Shown: one piece after another, positions 13,058 through 27,700 of the stretch
Layout of the letters: each line of letters opens with the position of its first letter
How positions within the stretch are numbered: position 1 is the first letter of the stretch
Source: Harriotta raleighana
Taxonomy: Eukaryota
Assembly (NCBI GenBank): GCA_050575255.1
Contig: JBNZDD010013732.1
Location: forward strand, 21,629,279 to 21,693,278
Direction: 5' to 3'
Length of the DNA: 64,000 nucleotides
Position numbers and translations under genes: made by a program
Notes under the pieces: generated by a model
Told to the model about the DNA's origin: nothing
The model's input: the letters and a program-made list of their open reading frames with translations, nothing else
Database searches by the model: none

Positions 13058-16000
13058 TACAAGGATTATCACACCAACAAAGTTACATTTGTATAGTGCC
13101 TTTCACATCACAAAGCTATATTGTTTAACATTTATTTTGCCTGGAAACAGATATGGTTTGAATGGGTTAATTAAAAATAAAGATCCAATTTTCCTTTTTT
13201 TAAAAAAACTTTAAACCCACCAAGTTTATTCCTTTCTTATTTTCCAAAGGAGGTACATGATGGAAGAATAAGTGGGACATGGATTGTATCAAATGGTTTT
13301 ACATGGATTGTATCAAAGTTAAAATCATTTACAATATCACACCACTGATGATTCATAAGTGGCAGAGTACAATTAAAACATTTAAGGGTAGGAGTATGTC
13401 ACTTCAATAAACCCTTTATCCATATTGCTATATATTCCCAAAGTTATTCGATACAAAACAGAAGGGTTCTTAAGTATAAATTGATCCAAGGCAATTTGTT
13501 CCCTAAACTAAGTGTATTTTATAGCTGAGGCAAATCCAATCTATCCATTGTTTTGGTTGTAACAGATTTACAATTATCTATCCGACATCCTTTGAATCTG
13601 CAGCAAACCCATTCAACTGTTACCTTTCAGGGAGCCCTGGGAAAGTGTACAGGCTTTGAAGTTGGGATTGTTGTGTGCCTCACAAGCATATGGGCTGTAA
13701 GGTCATTTTTAGGTCAGTATAGCAACAGCTCACAGGGTCTGAACACAAATGTGGGATTGCTTCCACATTGTGCAACGAATTAGAAGTTTACATAATCCAT
13801 ATATTTTCAAACCTGTAAATCTTGTTGGTTGCAAAAATCCATCAATAAGGTTAGGTAGAATTGTGGAAAATTCTTAAATTCAGTCTTGAATGAGTTCAAG
13901 TTACAATGGAATTCAAAAGTATTGAAATCTGCAGATAACCAAGCACAAGTCATGCCGAACATTGAGAATTCTAGGCCAAGGTACCTGGAAGGATCTCGCC
14001 TTGCAGTGGTATCCCAGATCAGCATGACGGACATCTGCTCTCTGGCAGGAGTCAATGTTTATCAATCCTTTCCGACTAACACACGAGACGTAGTGTTAAA
14101 ATAAAAGCAGGGTTGATTATAACAAGCTGTTGAGCTGTGCAGTGAGTGCCTAAGTCATTAATGCTGGAACCTGGTTGGGGAGACCATCTTCAGAAGGTGG
14201 TCTTGGCAGCACAGTGATTGGCATTGCAGTAGTACAAATCAATTTGGCCTCTGCTCAACAACTAATCTCTTGAAGACTTCTTCACGGACTTTTAAGGAAC
14301 CAATTGTTTTTATTGTCATGTGACTTGTCTGCTCAATAAAACATTTTTAAAGATCACGCTGAGTTGGATGACTTCAGCCCTGGCGAGAACATGCTTCCTG
14401 CCCCGAATTGCATGTGTTCCAGTGGTGTAATGGAAGCAATTTAATGCATTTGGACCTAAGATCATGAGTAACTGAACAGCGCAAAGCTCTGATTTGTGAA
14501 ACCTAAAGAGTGGGCACATTATTCAAAAAGAACCAAGTACAAAAGTGTCAATAAAGTTATTTAAGGAAAGAAACTCACCATCCATGCATCTCCAGCCCTC
14601 TCCCCACCACCCCCGAACACACACAAAGATTCATTCTGATGCTATAAAAGAGTCCAAAAAAACATACTTTTTAAAAATTTAATTCTGTCTTATCTTAAAA
14701 AGGTTGAAACTTATACCGAGAATCCAAAATAATGATCACCCAGAACATAGTCTTAAATTATTAAGGGATTTCTAAAAAATATGAACTTCAAAAACAGAAA
14801 AAGCTTATCAGTCACACTATCTAGTCTATAAAATATTAACGACCTTTAAAATCTGCCCCTGATCAGACAGACTCTGCAGTAACTTGTTCTCAAAAACTTT
14901 ATAGCTTTGTTAGCTTTAAGGAGCTGTGAGTGATGTTGATATTCCTTTATAAAACCTTAGCAGATTTTTTTTCAGGCCCCCAGCATTTACAAAACCAAGA
15001 CCATCTCCCCAGTCTTGGCACAGAAACCACATCCCATTTCCCAACATATCTGTCTTCACTTGGGCTCAGCTCTCCAGGGGAAACTGTGCAGGAGACTTAT
15101 GGAGGAAACGAGCCACAGAACAGAGACGTAAAGAAATTCTTTTCTTCCTTGTCCAACTCCTAACCTTTTTGGTTTACTTCCAGGGGAAGTTTAAAAAAAG
15201 TATGGTAAGGCATTTCTAAAGATTTCTAATATGTTCCATGCCTCAAAGATATTCTAGCCATTAATCAGAAGGATGGCTTTGCATGATAAGGGACATGAAC
15301 TGGAAGTGCGCCATAAGCTCAGAGACCAGATTTAGCCCCCATTGTTACCAGCACTAAAAACTTCAGACTTTGCAGCATACCTTTAACTCTGCATTATTAG
15401 AAAACATCAATCTACTTCATCTTTGAACCTGCTGATACATATGGAAACCCACACATTTAATGCTCCACCATTATCAGAGTCGACAAGATAAACGACAACA
15501 GGTCAAAACTGACAGGATTTCAAAATCTGCTATCTAGTTGTATTTAATGTAGCATCTTATTATTAGGATTATTATTAGATATCCCATTCTCTTCATCCAG
15601 AGTGAACCCTGTTCAAACCTTACGTCAGTTAAAAAAATGGTCTCGCTAATTTGCAATTGTGCATTATGGATGCACAAAAATACTTTGGCTTGTAAGGCTC
15701 ACTAAGAGCCATTACCACGTGCCAGATGTGCTAAGAAATATGAGCAGAGTGGTAAACATAAAATATTAAAATAAATGGGTTTCAAATGTTTGAAAAATGA
15801 TGTCGGGCTCAATTCAACAAGTGGACAAATGTATTGAATTTGGCCGAATTTACTGAGTGATAATTGAAATCAGGAATTAAATTATTACCAATGACATGTT
15901 GCTTAAAATGACTCCTTGTATTTATCTGTTTCTGACTCTGTGACAGCTGGCACCGAACCACTACAAGAGACAGAAACAGCTTCTCTCACGTATTTGACTT

Positions 16001-19000
16001 GACCCTGTTCAAAGCCAGTCCAACACCATGAGCTGTTTTTCAGACTGTTGGCTCTTTGTTAATGCATTCTTTAATGTAATGCAGAAAAACCTGAAGGTAG
16101 TAAATCTCCTTGGTTGGTAACATGCGATTAGTCTTGGAATGTAAAATGCATGCTACAGTTATAAAAAGGAATGGAATTGCTGCCGACGTTCCATGCCATA
16201 AATTTAATTTGCACAAGTATTTCAGTCAAAGATTATTTCTATAAGTGCAGTATTAATTTTTCTTCTTTCAAATATTTGATCTCCAAATAATATAACCAAG
16301 AATCACTATACGCTCCAAGAGATCTTTATGCCACAATTGCAACCATAGATCAAAATCAAATATCTAAAATGCACGGTAGGGTTTTTTTTAAAAAAAGGAA
16401 AAAAATACATTCAGCAAAAGCCACCTTTCCGCAGCACATTATGAAATTTCAAATACTTTTCCATTTCTGCAAAGGCTCAAGTTTAACTAATGCAACCAAT
16501 GAACAAATAGAAAATAGAACTTATGTAGTCCAATTAATGGGATCAGTATTGCCCAAATTAAATACAGATGGAGCAAAAAGAGGTGAAAACCTAAATGGCA
16601 TGCTAGCATGAACAGCTTGAAAATTTAAGTGAATGCAGAGCTGATACAAATCACAGCATTTCGGTACTAAATTGAGTACCGAATGATTATTTTTGTTTTG
16701 AAATTATTTGTTGGGTGGAGCTCATTTCATCAAACAAAGGATAAATGCATAGGAATCAATTTCTCTATGGATTCTACATGATAATGCATTTACATCTGCA
16801 CAAACTCATGGACCTATAGTGTAAGTTAGCATTGTTGGAAACTCTGCAGTCACCCACACCAAATCTCCAAGATATAAATGGATTCACCTTTGAAATACAT
16901 ATTCAATACACCATACAATAAAATCCTGTTAAGTGCTTTGAGACCCCTCAACAATATGATAAGCACTTTATTAAATATAAGGATTGTACACATGTACATC
17001 ATGGCATCATATGTGCACGGTCAAATCCAATTTCTACCTTGCTCCAATCTAATGCATTAAAATACTAGCTATGCACACAATTCATACCAGTCAAACACAA
17101 TGAATGCATGAACATAGGCATGAACAAGGAAAGGTGTGTTGAGCTCCTGGCTTGCATGTTAGACAGGAAAATAATCCAGAAAAGAACCGCATCTGAAAGA
17201 TGTTGATCTGAAAGAGGCTCAGGCTAGTGCTGTATAAGATACCCCTGAAAGCTTTACCCTTATCTTTCAGACGGTCATCAACTTGCTTGCATTTAAAGAA
17301 TTTTCTGAGTGTATTTTTAGATGTGAGGCAATTCATTTTCCCTTGCTTCTTTCCACTGAACCTCTAAACTTTAAATGCATTTTTAACCATTGTGCAACTT
17401 TCCATATTTGCCAGACTAGAAGAGAGTGCCGGGTACAAAATGCATCTTTAACTGAAGAACAATTCAAATTAAATTAAATGCTTCCAACCATTCAAATAAC
17501 ATTTCACCAGGAGAAGTCTTTCATTCATGTAATTCAAGAGAGACAAATTTATGGAAATGTCCGATCTGTTTGAACAAAGTCGTGAAGAAAAGTCATCACA
17601 ATTTACAATTGTCCACCTTCTACTTCAAATACATCACCCACCACTTCCATTATGAATTCCATTGAGACACTCCTTCATATAAATGGTCCTGTATAAATGA
17701 AATTTGCTGTGTTGTAGAGAAGCTGCACAATGGAAGGTCACTTTTATATCAACTTCCATTTTATTCCTTTGGTTAGGAAGGAAGTGAGACGGGTAGACAG
17801 TCAGGTGACCTGTTCCTTGGTATCTGTTGAATCCTATTCCGTACAACCCTCTAAGATATTTGTGCTTTCAGCCCAGGAGAGACTGGTTCTACAATTTCAC
17901 AGCCCTCTCCACCCAAGGAATTTAATTGCAGAGTGTCAGATGCCTATTAATATTAAGTATCAAATTATTATTATTAAGATACTGCATAGGATCAAACAGA
18001 CAGGAAATGTACCACACATACTTGCCCTAAATTATGATTACAAAATTATTATTTATCAGGAGTTCTGAACATTCTGTAATTTATCTGATTATGTTTAATA
18101 TTTAAAATTTACAATGGATTTTTAAAAAGATATTGTTGGACGTGTACAGATTTTAAATTCCTAAAGTAAATTTGGTATTCAAAGCATAAAAGAATTTTTT
18201 CCTGAGTCCAGTTACTATTGAAAGTATCAGCAATTTTTTTCATTACAGCAATTTCTCGATAATATTTTTGTTGGATTTTTAAAAGACAAGACAAAAGGAG
18301 CCTAATCTGCCTTACACAAAAAAACTTATTCTGCACTACATTGGGAAAGTTTAGCTTCATTTTATTATCGCTTTACATGATTCATCAACCTGTTGTAAAA
18401 TGAGATCAGATCGAAGAGGGACAATTTCAATATACCAGCATGATGCAAATCAACTCTAAAGAGATTCCACTGCATTTTTTTATTGCAGCAATTCCTTTTA
18501 CTCGCCTAAAGGAGAATTCATAATAAATAACCTTATATCTTTTGAAGGTACATTTTTCTCCATCTTATAAACCTAATTAAGCTTGAAGAACAACATATTT
18601 TCCTAAACGCACGATAAACAGATCTAGTTACTCAAAAAATATTACTTTTAAATAGAGCTGATGTATCTGAATTGAAATCTGCTGTGCGCCAATTCCCAGG
18701 CCTACAATTCAAGTAATTCAAGGACTTCTTCTGGATACTTTCTCATATTCTTTTTAACTGACATTTTATCTTCATACAGGCATCTCTCTAGATTGCACAT
18801 ACACTAAGACAATGACAAGCCTTCTTCAGCTGTCACTTCTTATTTTGGCAAAGAGCGATGCCTTATACTGGCTTATGCCAATAATAGCTGCATCAAAAAA
18901 CAGTGGAGACCTTCTCCCTCTGATGTAAAGACAGCAATTCACATTTGTGACACTCATTTGTCAATTAACAGAACCCATCCAATGTTGACACTTGGGGCTT

Positions 19001-20871
19001 AAGAGATGCAGGCTAGTATTTGATGAATTAAAAAAGACAGATGAGCAAGCCATGAGCTGCAAAGTAATACTATAATGTGTTTTAGATATGAATATCAACT
19101 GACACCTTTGACAGGCCATACAAGGTTTTATTTTATTTTGCACTGTATCTGTGCCTCATACTTTATCTTCTTTGTTCTCTTTTCATCAAGCTTCTAATGT
19201 CTCATTGTGACAGCAGAAAGACATTTGAGCTTTCCTGTTCCAAATGCAAGTCGCTGAACTTGATTTGTCATCAAAATGCAAAATGGTTCCTATTGCAGTT
19301 AAATGTGGCTCGCTTTCAAGACCGTCGTAGCAATTTTTTTTTTAAAAAGCAAAAAAGCTCGCAATCACTTTGCCCACTTTTCCCACTGCCAAAATATAGA
19401 TTTGCAGATGATGAAAAATATCGATATTACCACAGTACACAGCATGCATGCATTTAAACGATATTCAAACAACAGGAGCTTTTAGCAGTTTACTCTTTTA
19501 TTGTATCATTTATAAACTGGATTTGACAAAAAGCCAAATGCTAGGATAGGCATACCATGTAAAGACATTGAGCATTTACAAAGTTAATGTCTACACTTAA
19601 GAGTGATGATGTCTTTCCAAAGCTTGCATTAATATGCAATATACACCATCAGAACTACTCTGACTGCCAAAGTGATCTCAGCAGGGGGGTTTTGGAGCAG
19701 AAAAAAAGTTAAATAATAGTGCTTTCAACAGATAATTACTGGTATGATTTAAATTTAAGTTTAATGTTTTTTTTTGCCTCCCATAGAAGGCTCAATGCAC
19801 ATATGTAACTGAAAATTGCCTCAATGATTTCAAAAGCAACTTAACCATCAAATATGTACACTGAGACCTGACATATTCAAAAGTACCCTATCTACTTGTC
19901 AAGGGCGGCTTGGGAATCCGGCCATCAATAGTTTATAGTAATTAAGTGTGATGAACATTTTAGAGAAAAACTTATGAGAATGAAACAATTGTCGAGAAAC
20001 TGCCAACAATATATTTTTTTGCAAACTACTTCAAAGCTGAGACTAGTAGCTCTCTGCACACAAAACTTTTCTGCACTGGAGGCCACTTCAAAAAAACGAC
20101 TCCTTTTCAATGCTATTATTGCAATTCAAGTAGCCCTACAGCTATTTGCACTGGTAAGGAAATCTGTTTTTTGGAGCTCCATTCAGGTTAAATATTGGAA
20201 CTATTAAAGTTCCAACCACTCAACAAAATTGAGTGGTTCCTTCATAAAATTGTCCAGCATTCGGAATATTTCTATCACTGCCTTTTAAAATGTAATATTG
20301 AGTAGGTCGGCATACTCTTTCGGATCAGTTGATCTTCCACCGCACAATGGTTAACTTGCCCGAAAACATTTCAGCAACTTTATGGAGACCAAAGAGATTG
20401 TTAGCTTGGCAACAAATTTAAGGGTTTCTCCAGCCCTCCCACCCCACCGTCCCCCTCCCCAACCCCTACATCCCACCATGTCACATACTTTTGTTCACCA
20501 GAATTTCACATTCTCTACTTGACGTGAGTTTCTTCAGTGCTTTCAGTACAATTAGAACCCAATAATTCAGAGTTAAAAATAAACCAAAAGTGTTTGGGAA
20601 GGAAAAGACACTGCTATGCCAGCTATGAACAGATTCACATTCAAACTGGTTTTGTTCGAGACAAGACATTTTACAACAAAATGTTTTTTTTTGTTGAATT
20701 TGCCTTACTCCAATTCACCTTAATAGCTTTCGTGCCACAACCTGTTCTGTCTGCAAAAATAAAAAATGAAATAGTTTTCATATCTTTCAATGTTTGGCTT
20801 CTTGCCCCATTTCTGCCAATTTCATATTTCCTTTTCATTTAAGGGTTACTTCAAAAAGATAGTTACACTAT

Positions 20872-21290
20872 CATTAATTCTTGCATTTGATATAGTGCCT
20901 TATCACTGTCAAGATGTCTCAAAGTGCTTCACAGGATTTTACTTTGAAGAGTAGAGTGTATGTATTTGTAGCAATTACAGCTGCCAATTTACACACAGCA
21001 ATATCCCAGAAACAGCCATGAAATTAATGATTAATTTTATTTGGGGGATTATTGGACATGGGCACGGGAAGAAATTCCCTTCCTCTTTTCGAATAGTGCC
21101 ATGAATAGTAATAAAGACCTGACCAGGCAGATGGGACCTTGGATTCCCATTTCATCCAAAGGACATCACCTCCAACAATGCAGCATTCTTGCAGCACTGC
21201 ATTGGAGAGTCAGTTGGGACTGCGAGTTCAAAATCCCAATGGGGATTTAATCAACAACCTTCTAAATCAGAGCTACAAACTAAACTGGGA
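20872..21290 (-). mobile_element. Older DeuSINE-type element
   Basis: Reverse complement of the Deu core (ACCTGACCAGGCAGATGGGACCTTGG...TTCATCCAAAGGA) plus the shared tail TTGCATTTGATATAG. Confidence 0.7.
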
Positions 21291-22679
21291 CATTGTTACT
21301 TACACAGGTTTAAAGATGAAAATCTCAGCATCGGACTGCTGAATGCAGTTTCAAATTAGTTACGTCTTCCACCAAACACACTTAAGGTGGTGATCCTGCC
21401 ATATGGGAAAAGATTTATTTATTTTCAAGATAAGAAACTGATTCAACACACCCAGGTCCATTACATATCATGATTAAATCAATTATTTGCGATATTCTCA
21501 AATCCTAAAGTTTTATATTTATTTTGTATCATTGTAATTTTTTCCACACACCATTCTAACTCTCTATTTAATAATGTAATACCTTTAATATTGTAATACT
21601 TTCAACCAGAAAGCTTGCACCTTCACCAAATTCCAAAACCAAATTTTATTCTCTGACAAAAGATGGGAATGTCAATCTGAAAACTATCCCCTTCATCAAT
21701 ATTTCATCAGTCATGGGTCTGTAAGTGGACATTTACCAAACCATCAAATATAGATAGAGAACAAGAATCTCCTTTCACTGCAGCCATTAGGGAGATATGG
21801 TGAAAGAAGCTTGACCAATTTGGATGTGTTTCAATTAACAGTGGTGTGTAGAAAATTCAAACTGACTGACAGCAGATCACATAACCAATACACTGAATGC
21901 AATGTATTTTGTTGCAAACCCTCAGAATTGATTCGTACCAAAATAAACTTTGTCATTCATGATCATGATCAACATTTGCCAAGCGCAACATACTGAAAGA
22001 ATTAGTTAATATGGAGTACAGATTGAGTAGTATCAACAACATCAGTTTGCGTACAATTGTTGTATCAACAGAATCAGGACAGGAATTCCAATTTTTTAAA
22101 TTTAAAATTCCATTTGTATTGCACTCAAATCAATAAATAATAATAATATAATAATAGTGATAGGGAGAAGGAAAAGTAGGTCAATATGAGGGTGCAAAAA
22201 GGAAAAGGCTGGAGGCTTTAAAAAAAGAATGTTCCTTAAAAAAAGGAAATTATATTGTAAAAGGAACAAGAAACATAGACAGTGAAGGCTAATGCATTTT
22301 GGAGGCATGAAATTGAGATACAAAATCATAGCATAAAAACAAATGCTATATAGACACAGCATTGTTTTATCTCTAAACCTTTGTGAGTACAAGTTTGCAC
22401 TTTATAATTCCAATAAATATATAGTTACAAACATGATCCTTGAAATAACTTTTGGCTTAGTTGTAAACCTGTTTAATACCTTGGCCAAATCTAGATGTTT
22501 CGTCAGAATGACCTGAAAAGCAATAATCAAAGAGAAAATGGAAATCAAAATGGGAAACAAAGGTAACAAATGATAATGTACTTGAAAAACAAATGACAGG
22601 CAAGAGAGCACTATGTTATCAAAGATACAAAAGCATGGAATAAGGCTATTCCATCCCCCAAACTGGTTTTGCAGACTGA

Positions 22680-22830
22680 GCACAAACTATTCAAACTCTT
22701 GCGCAATTGGCTGCCATGTTTCGCCCACATATGTACAATCAATTCTGTGAAGTGCTTTGAGGCATCTAGAAGATATGAAAAGCGCGATATCAAACACAAG
22801 GATTATTATTGGTAGTAGCATTATTATTAT
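22680..22830 (+). mobile_element. 5'-truncated SINE copy
   Basis: GCGCAATTGGCTGCC...GCGATATCAAACACAAGGATTATT. Confidence 0.8.
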
Positions 22831-23062
22831 TCAATCAAAGTCTTCATTATCCCCAGTATTTAACCATAAAATTGTATTCAGCCATCCCTTAATCTTGCGC
22901 CCTTCACAGACATTTATGAACAAAGTAAAAGTAATTTGAAGCATGTAATCAAATAACAAAGTCAAATATTAGATAAATATATAGCAGTAACAATAACAGT
23001 GAGTGTCAGATTTTCAAGTTACCCTGTTGTTTTGATGAGCAAGTGAATAAAACTTTCTGCTT

Positions 23063-23354
23063 GAGTCCTCTAGCTCAGTAGTTAGAGCACTCTCCTCACA
23101 AACGAGAAACCTGGGTTTGATTTCTGACAGGGCAAAACCTTGGGTAAGTTTACTTACTGCACACACCTGATAATAATACAGTACCGAAGATGGTTACTTC
23201 AATCAACGACTATTTGTGGGACACTGCTGTGAGCAGTTGGTTGCCGCGTTTTGCCCACAAATATAGTCAAATCACTTTGCAGTATATTCTGTGAAGACAT
23301 TTAGAGGACGTGAAAAGCACTATATCAAAGCTCAAGAATTATTATTATTATTAT
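23063..23354 (+). mobile_element. Full-length tRNA-derived SINE (same family)
   Basis: GAGTCCTCTAGCTCAGTAGTTAGAGCAC head, GGGTTTGATTTC B box, shared body, (ATT)n tail. Confidence 0.88.
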
Positions 23355-24529
23355 AAACAAGGAGTCAAACAATGTGGAGTGTTTAAGGAATAAGATACTC
23401 AAGTGTGAACTTTTGAAACCAAACTGTATGATTAAGCCTAGTTAACCACCCATGATCAAGATCCTTTCACGGGTGAAATTGAAGTAAAACTGAAGTCACC
23501 CAAAACTTGGAAATGCACTATTGTAAACAGCAGCACCAGATGAGACACAAGGATGAAACACAACATTTGAAAGACGTTCACCAGAATGATTGATGGATCT
23601 CAAGGACCACAGATGACTGCACTTCAGGTCCACTGTATGGAATTGCTGTCAAGAGATGGAGGGATAACAGATGGTTACAGAAACATAAAAAAGTTTTGAA
23701 AATAAACCATCTACAAAAAGGATTTGTAAATAATAAGATTTATTTCACTATCCACATAACTAAATTCAGTCAGTTTTGCTAACCCCCAAACCCAATTTCT
23801 GCAAATCTCTATGTCCCCTAATGAGATGGATGAGTTATCACTGGATTATGAAACAAATGCTAGTGAAGCATTGCAGGTTACGTCCAATTATTACAGTATA
23901 AAATGAAACATGGCTTGACAGTTGCAATGGCCAGCAATATCAAAGGAAGTAGAAAGTGAAGTTGTAGCCTTGTTGCATAAAATGCTGCCCTGCATATAAA
24001 GAGGAAGATAAAATAAAGCATAGTAGTGTACTGGGTGGATTGCAATGTGGCTACTCCTGAAAAGCATCATAGAAATATGCAGTAAATGGGACAAGATCTG
24101 ATTTACATCCCCAGAAATCAACATCAAAAAACACTAAAACACATGGCACTCGTCACAATAAAACCTGTCACTGGATCATAGCAACTCGGCAAACTGAAAT
24201 GTATCATTAATTTATAAAAGCTATGTTTTAAAATATATATATTTGGGGTCCAACCAGAAGAATCTCAATAGTCTTTTTACATCCTGTACATTCCTTTGGA
24301 ATTATTTTGGTAGCAGGATGTTTTCTAAACTATATTGAGGAGATAGAAGCAGCAATGTTTCAGGGGGCAATTGACATGGTGGGTGTATGTGGATGTGAAA
24401 GCACTGGCTTTACATCTCTGACAGGAAAAGGACACAAGTTAATTTATTAAACCTCAATATTTTCAATGAAGTTGAAAACTTTTTTAATAATAAACTTTTA
24501 TATTAATCCCTTTAAAAGAAAATAAGACA

Positions 24530-24715
24530 GTAAATTGGTCCCTCAATCCATGATATACAATCCATGACAATTGTGACACACCGCTGTGTGCAATTGGCTG
24601 CCAGAGTTTTGCCCACAAAATGCATAGCCACCACACTTTACAGTATATTCTGTGAAGCGCTTTGAGACATCTCAAAGGCATGATAAGGCGCTGTATCAAA
24701 TGCAAAGATTATTAT
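24530..24715 (+). mobile_element. 5'-truncated SINE copy
   Basis: GCTGTGTGCAATTGGCTGCC...TTCTGTGAAGCGCTTTGAGACATC...ATCAAATGCAAAGATTATT. Confidence 0.82.
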
Positions 24716-27700
24716 AAACTTAAGTTTCACCTGAAAGCACAAATTACATAGATTTGATGAAATAAAATAATGCTACCACCTCTAACAAAGGGAACTTTGT
24801 TATTTGAAATGAAAGAGGCATTAGGTGGTTTTAGAGTTATGAATTTTGAAAACTTATTCATTGTAGTACTGAATAGGAGCACTAAGTTAATAGACATTAA
24901 CACCAACTTGGAACTAAACAATTTATGTAGCCCAATACGTTCATGTAAAGAGGTCTGCTGCAAAATACTCAAGGCTTGGAACTCTCTCGAAATCAAAGGT
25001 TTGACTTCAAAGAGAAACCCTTCACATTGTTGGCATCTCATTTAGTACAAAGAAAGAGATCATTCTCAAGAGTTCGCATTTTCCTGCACTCTGTTTGTCA
25101 GAGAAGACACTCATCAACTCAGCTCCATCGATGAGCACAAGCACTTCCACATGATTCAAGGACGTAAACTCAGAGCGAAAGGCTGTGAGGAAGACAACAG
25201 CCCAAAGCAGTTTACAAATACAGTGTGTTAAAAAAATGTTCAATGCAAGTTAATAGGACAGAAAAGAACCAAACAGTTTAATGTACCTATACTTCCTATT
25301 GAGATTTGTAATATATTGTAAAAATATATTGGTGATGTTTTTTCAGTCTTTTGCAAATAAATCTTGTATCTTGGTTCATTCTGCCAATGTTTTTCACTCT
25401 TATTTTGCTGCAACTTCACCACTACATGGTTGTCATGGACTTTTCTTTAATATGGAAGTCACTATGTAAGTGCAAATGCTTCCAGTCTCATAGAGATTCA
25501 TCTCTTTTTGAAGAGAGTTTATAGCATGTATTTAACCAGTTGAATCCAGTGATCAGAGCACAGGATATCTGGTCTCCCCAGTGATATTCATTCACTTAAC
25601 CAAAACACCAAAAAAAGCACAGGTGTAGATTTATCCTTGCTTTTGCATGGAATACAAATGGTATAACCACCTACAAAATACACAATCACAAGACTCTATA
25701 ATAAATCCTTATTTACTTATTTTTTACGTGTGAAAACTGAGCATAATGCAGAATAAACCCACTAAAATCCTAATACTGTACAATAAAACCCACAGAAGTG
25801 ATATCTATCGGAATCATAACATTAACATGACTTACGGGAAGTTCGATTTGCTGGCAAACTGTACATGTGGTAGAAAATGCTATTTGATCAATAGTCTACA
25901 TTGCGCATGTGTTTCAAATGCACTTTCAACTCCCAAAAAGGACGGCAAAGAGTGTTGAGGCATACTGTACTGTATTCAATTTTAGAATCTAAAGAACAAA
26001 CATTTCTCAATAGCGTCACTCTTACAGTTCTCCAGGTGTTGGGACCAAGTATTCAAGGTGTTGGGGCCCACTTCTTCAGCCAACCTTACATCACACATAT
26101 GTACTACTTTCACAGATCTAGCTCGCAATGGTTCTCAGGCGAGTCATTTATTCTCATGGTTCACAATACATAAACTCTTACTACATTGAAACTTTTATCC
26201 AGTGGACTGCCAAATAAAGCAAAATACCATTCATGACTAAAGTGGGAAAGGGAGGGGAAGCATGAAAAAAAATCTTTGGACAATCAAGATACTTTAATTT
26301 CAATAAAATATAATTGACACTGATCCAGCATATTTCACTTTGGGAGGCACGTCTCAAAATCATTCAAATGCTGTTGAAGATACAGCAATTTTGATTGGGA
26401 TTTCTTAATGAGTAACCTTGCAGTAATCTATAGTGTATTATACGGGGGCATGAGGGAAGACTGCTCCAAGAATATATTGCGTCGGGGTGGAACACCCTCG
26501 GGACAAACTCCAGCTCTTTATTGGGAAAGCCCCCTAGAAATCGCTGAACTCACTGTTGTTGTAATAATACCTATAAAAACACAAATAAAGTTCTTGGTGA
26601 GCATGCAGTCGTTCAGTTGTTTAAAAGCAACAGAATTTGTGAACACAGTTTCCACTAGTGAAGTGATTTTATTTTCAGGTTCATTGTACTTTTGCAAAAG
26701 TAATGAGCTACTGTACAAATCATTGTTAGGAAACAAATTTCATACCAACGTGCTCAATAAAGTACAGAATGATTTACTCCCCACAGCACAGTTTGACCTG
26801 CCATAGGCATGGATCATGCAAATGTCACGCTTAGGGAAACTAAAAACAAATCTGATCCAAACTAAAACACCCATCTGTATAGGACAACATAATTGTCATT
26901 GGGAATTAAGTGGAATTTCCACATTGCTGTCCACCGTCTGAATGCTGCAAACCTCCAGTTAACAAGCCATTTGCTTGGTCCTTCACTTTCCCCCAGAGAG
27001 CTCTTCTCTCTACACTGACTTCACTGTTTAATAAAGATGTTTGACATCATCTTTCAGACTATTAGGTGTGTAATTTTATCAATAATTCAAATGACTCCAT
27101 GCATATAAATATTTCATTTGCTAAATTGATTTCAAAAATGAACTACTTGCTAAACGAAGCTATCAACTGAACTGGGAGCTAATGTACTGACTATTCATAA
27201 ATGCATCTGTGTCCCGGTGCAGTTAAAAACTAAAATAATTGAGGTCTTCATGTTTATACTGGACCTCTACTGAAAATTAGCAGGGCCAGAAAGCATATTA
27301 GTATTTAATGAAATAACACACATTAACCTTACATAATATACAACAATTGAATAGTGCTTAGATTTTCACCTTGAATATACATCAAACACTAGGAATTATA
27401 CACAATACATTTGATTCTTCTTCTATTCTCAATTATCATTATGCAACTCCATCTGACCCCCATTATGCACCCCCATTATTTTCTGCAGTGGGATTTGCAG
27501 ATTTGCATTTGTCAGGCATAAAAATAGGATTGAATTGTACAAGGTAAGGTTACTATATATCTTCCCTGAAAGCTTGTTGATGTACCTTCTGCAAATGAAA
27601 AGGGCAGACAAGATTTCATGGAATGTTAGTTTCAAACCGCTGGTTCATTAAGGATATTAATTCTCTGATAAGTATACATTTTAGCATGACACACCAGAGC

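Noticed and set aside
13277-13317. 17-bp direct repeat ACATGGATTGTATCAAA twice, and small palindromes (e.g. 43988-43999, 47672-47697, 50709-50723)
   Set aside because: Ordinary slippage duplication or chance-level dyads; only two units, not a CRISPR-like array.
23063-23135. tRNA-like sequences (also 31820-31891, 39780-39856)
   Set aside because: They are SINE heads continuous with SINE bodies and tails, without an intact acceptor stem; not tRNA genes.
23890-24110. Possible very old CR1 ORF2 fragment (PAISKEVESEVVA-like)
   Set aside because: Similarity too weak to call without a profile search.
26408-26806. 132-aa ORF on + (and other 100-157 aa ORFs in 1-43 kb)
   Set aside because: No recognisable domain or splice context; consistent with random intronic ORFs or repeat-derived frames.
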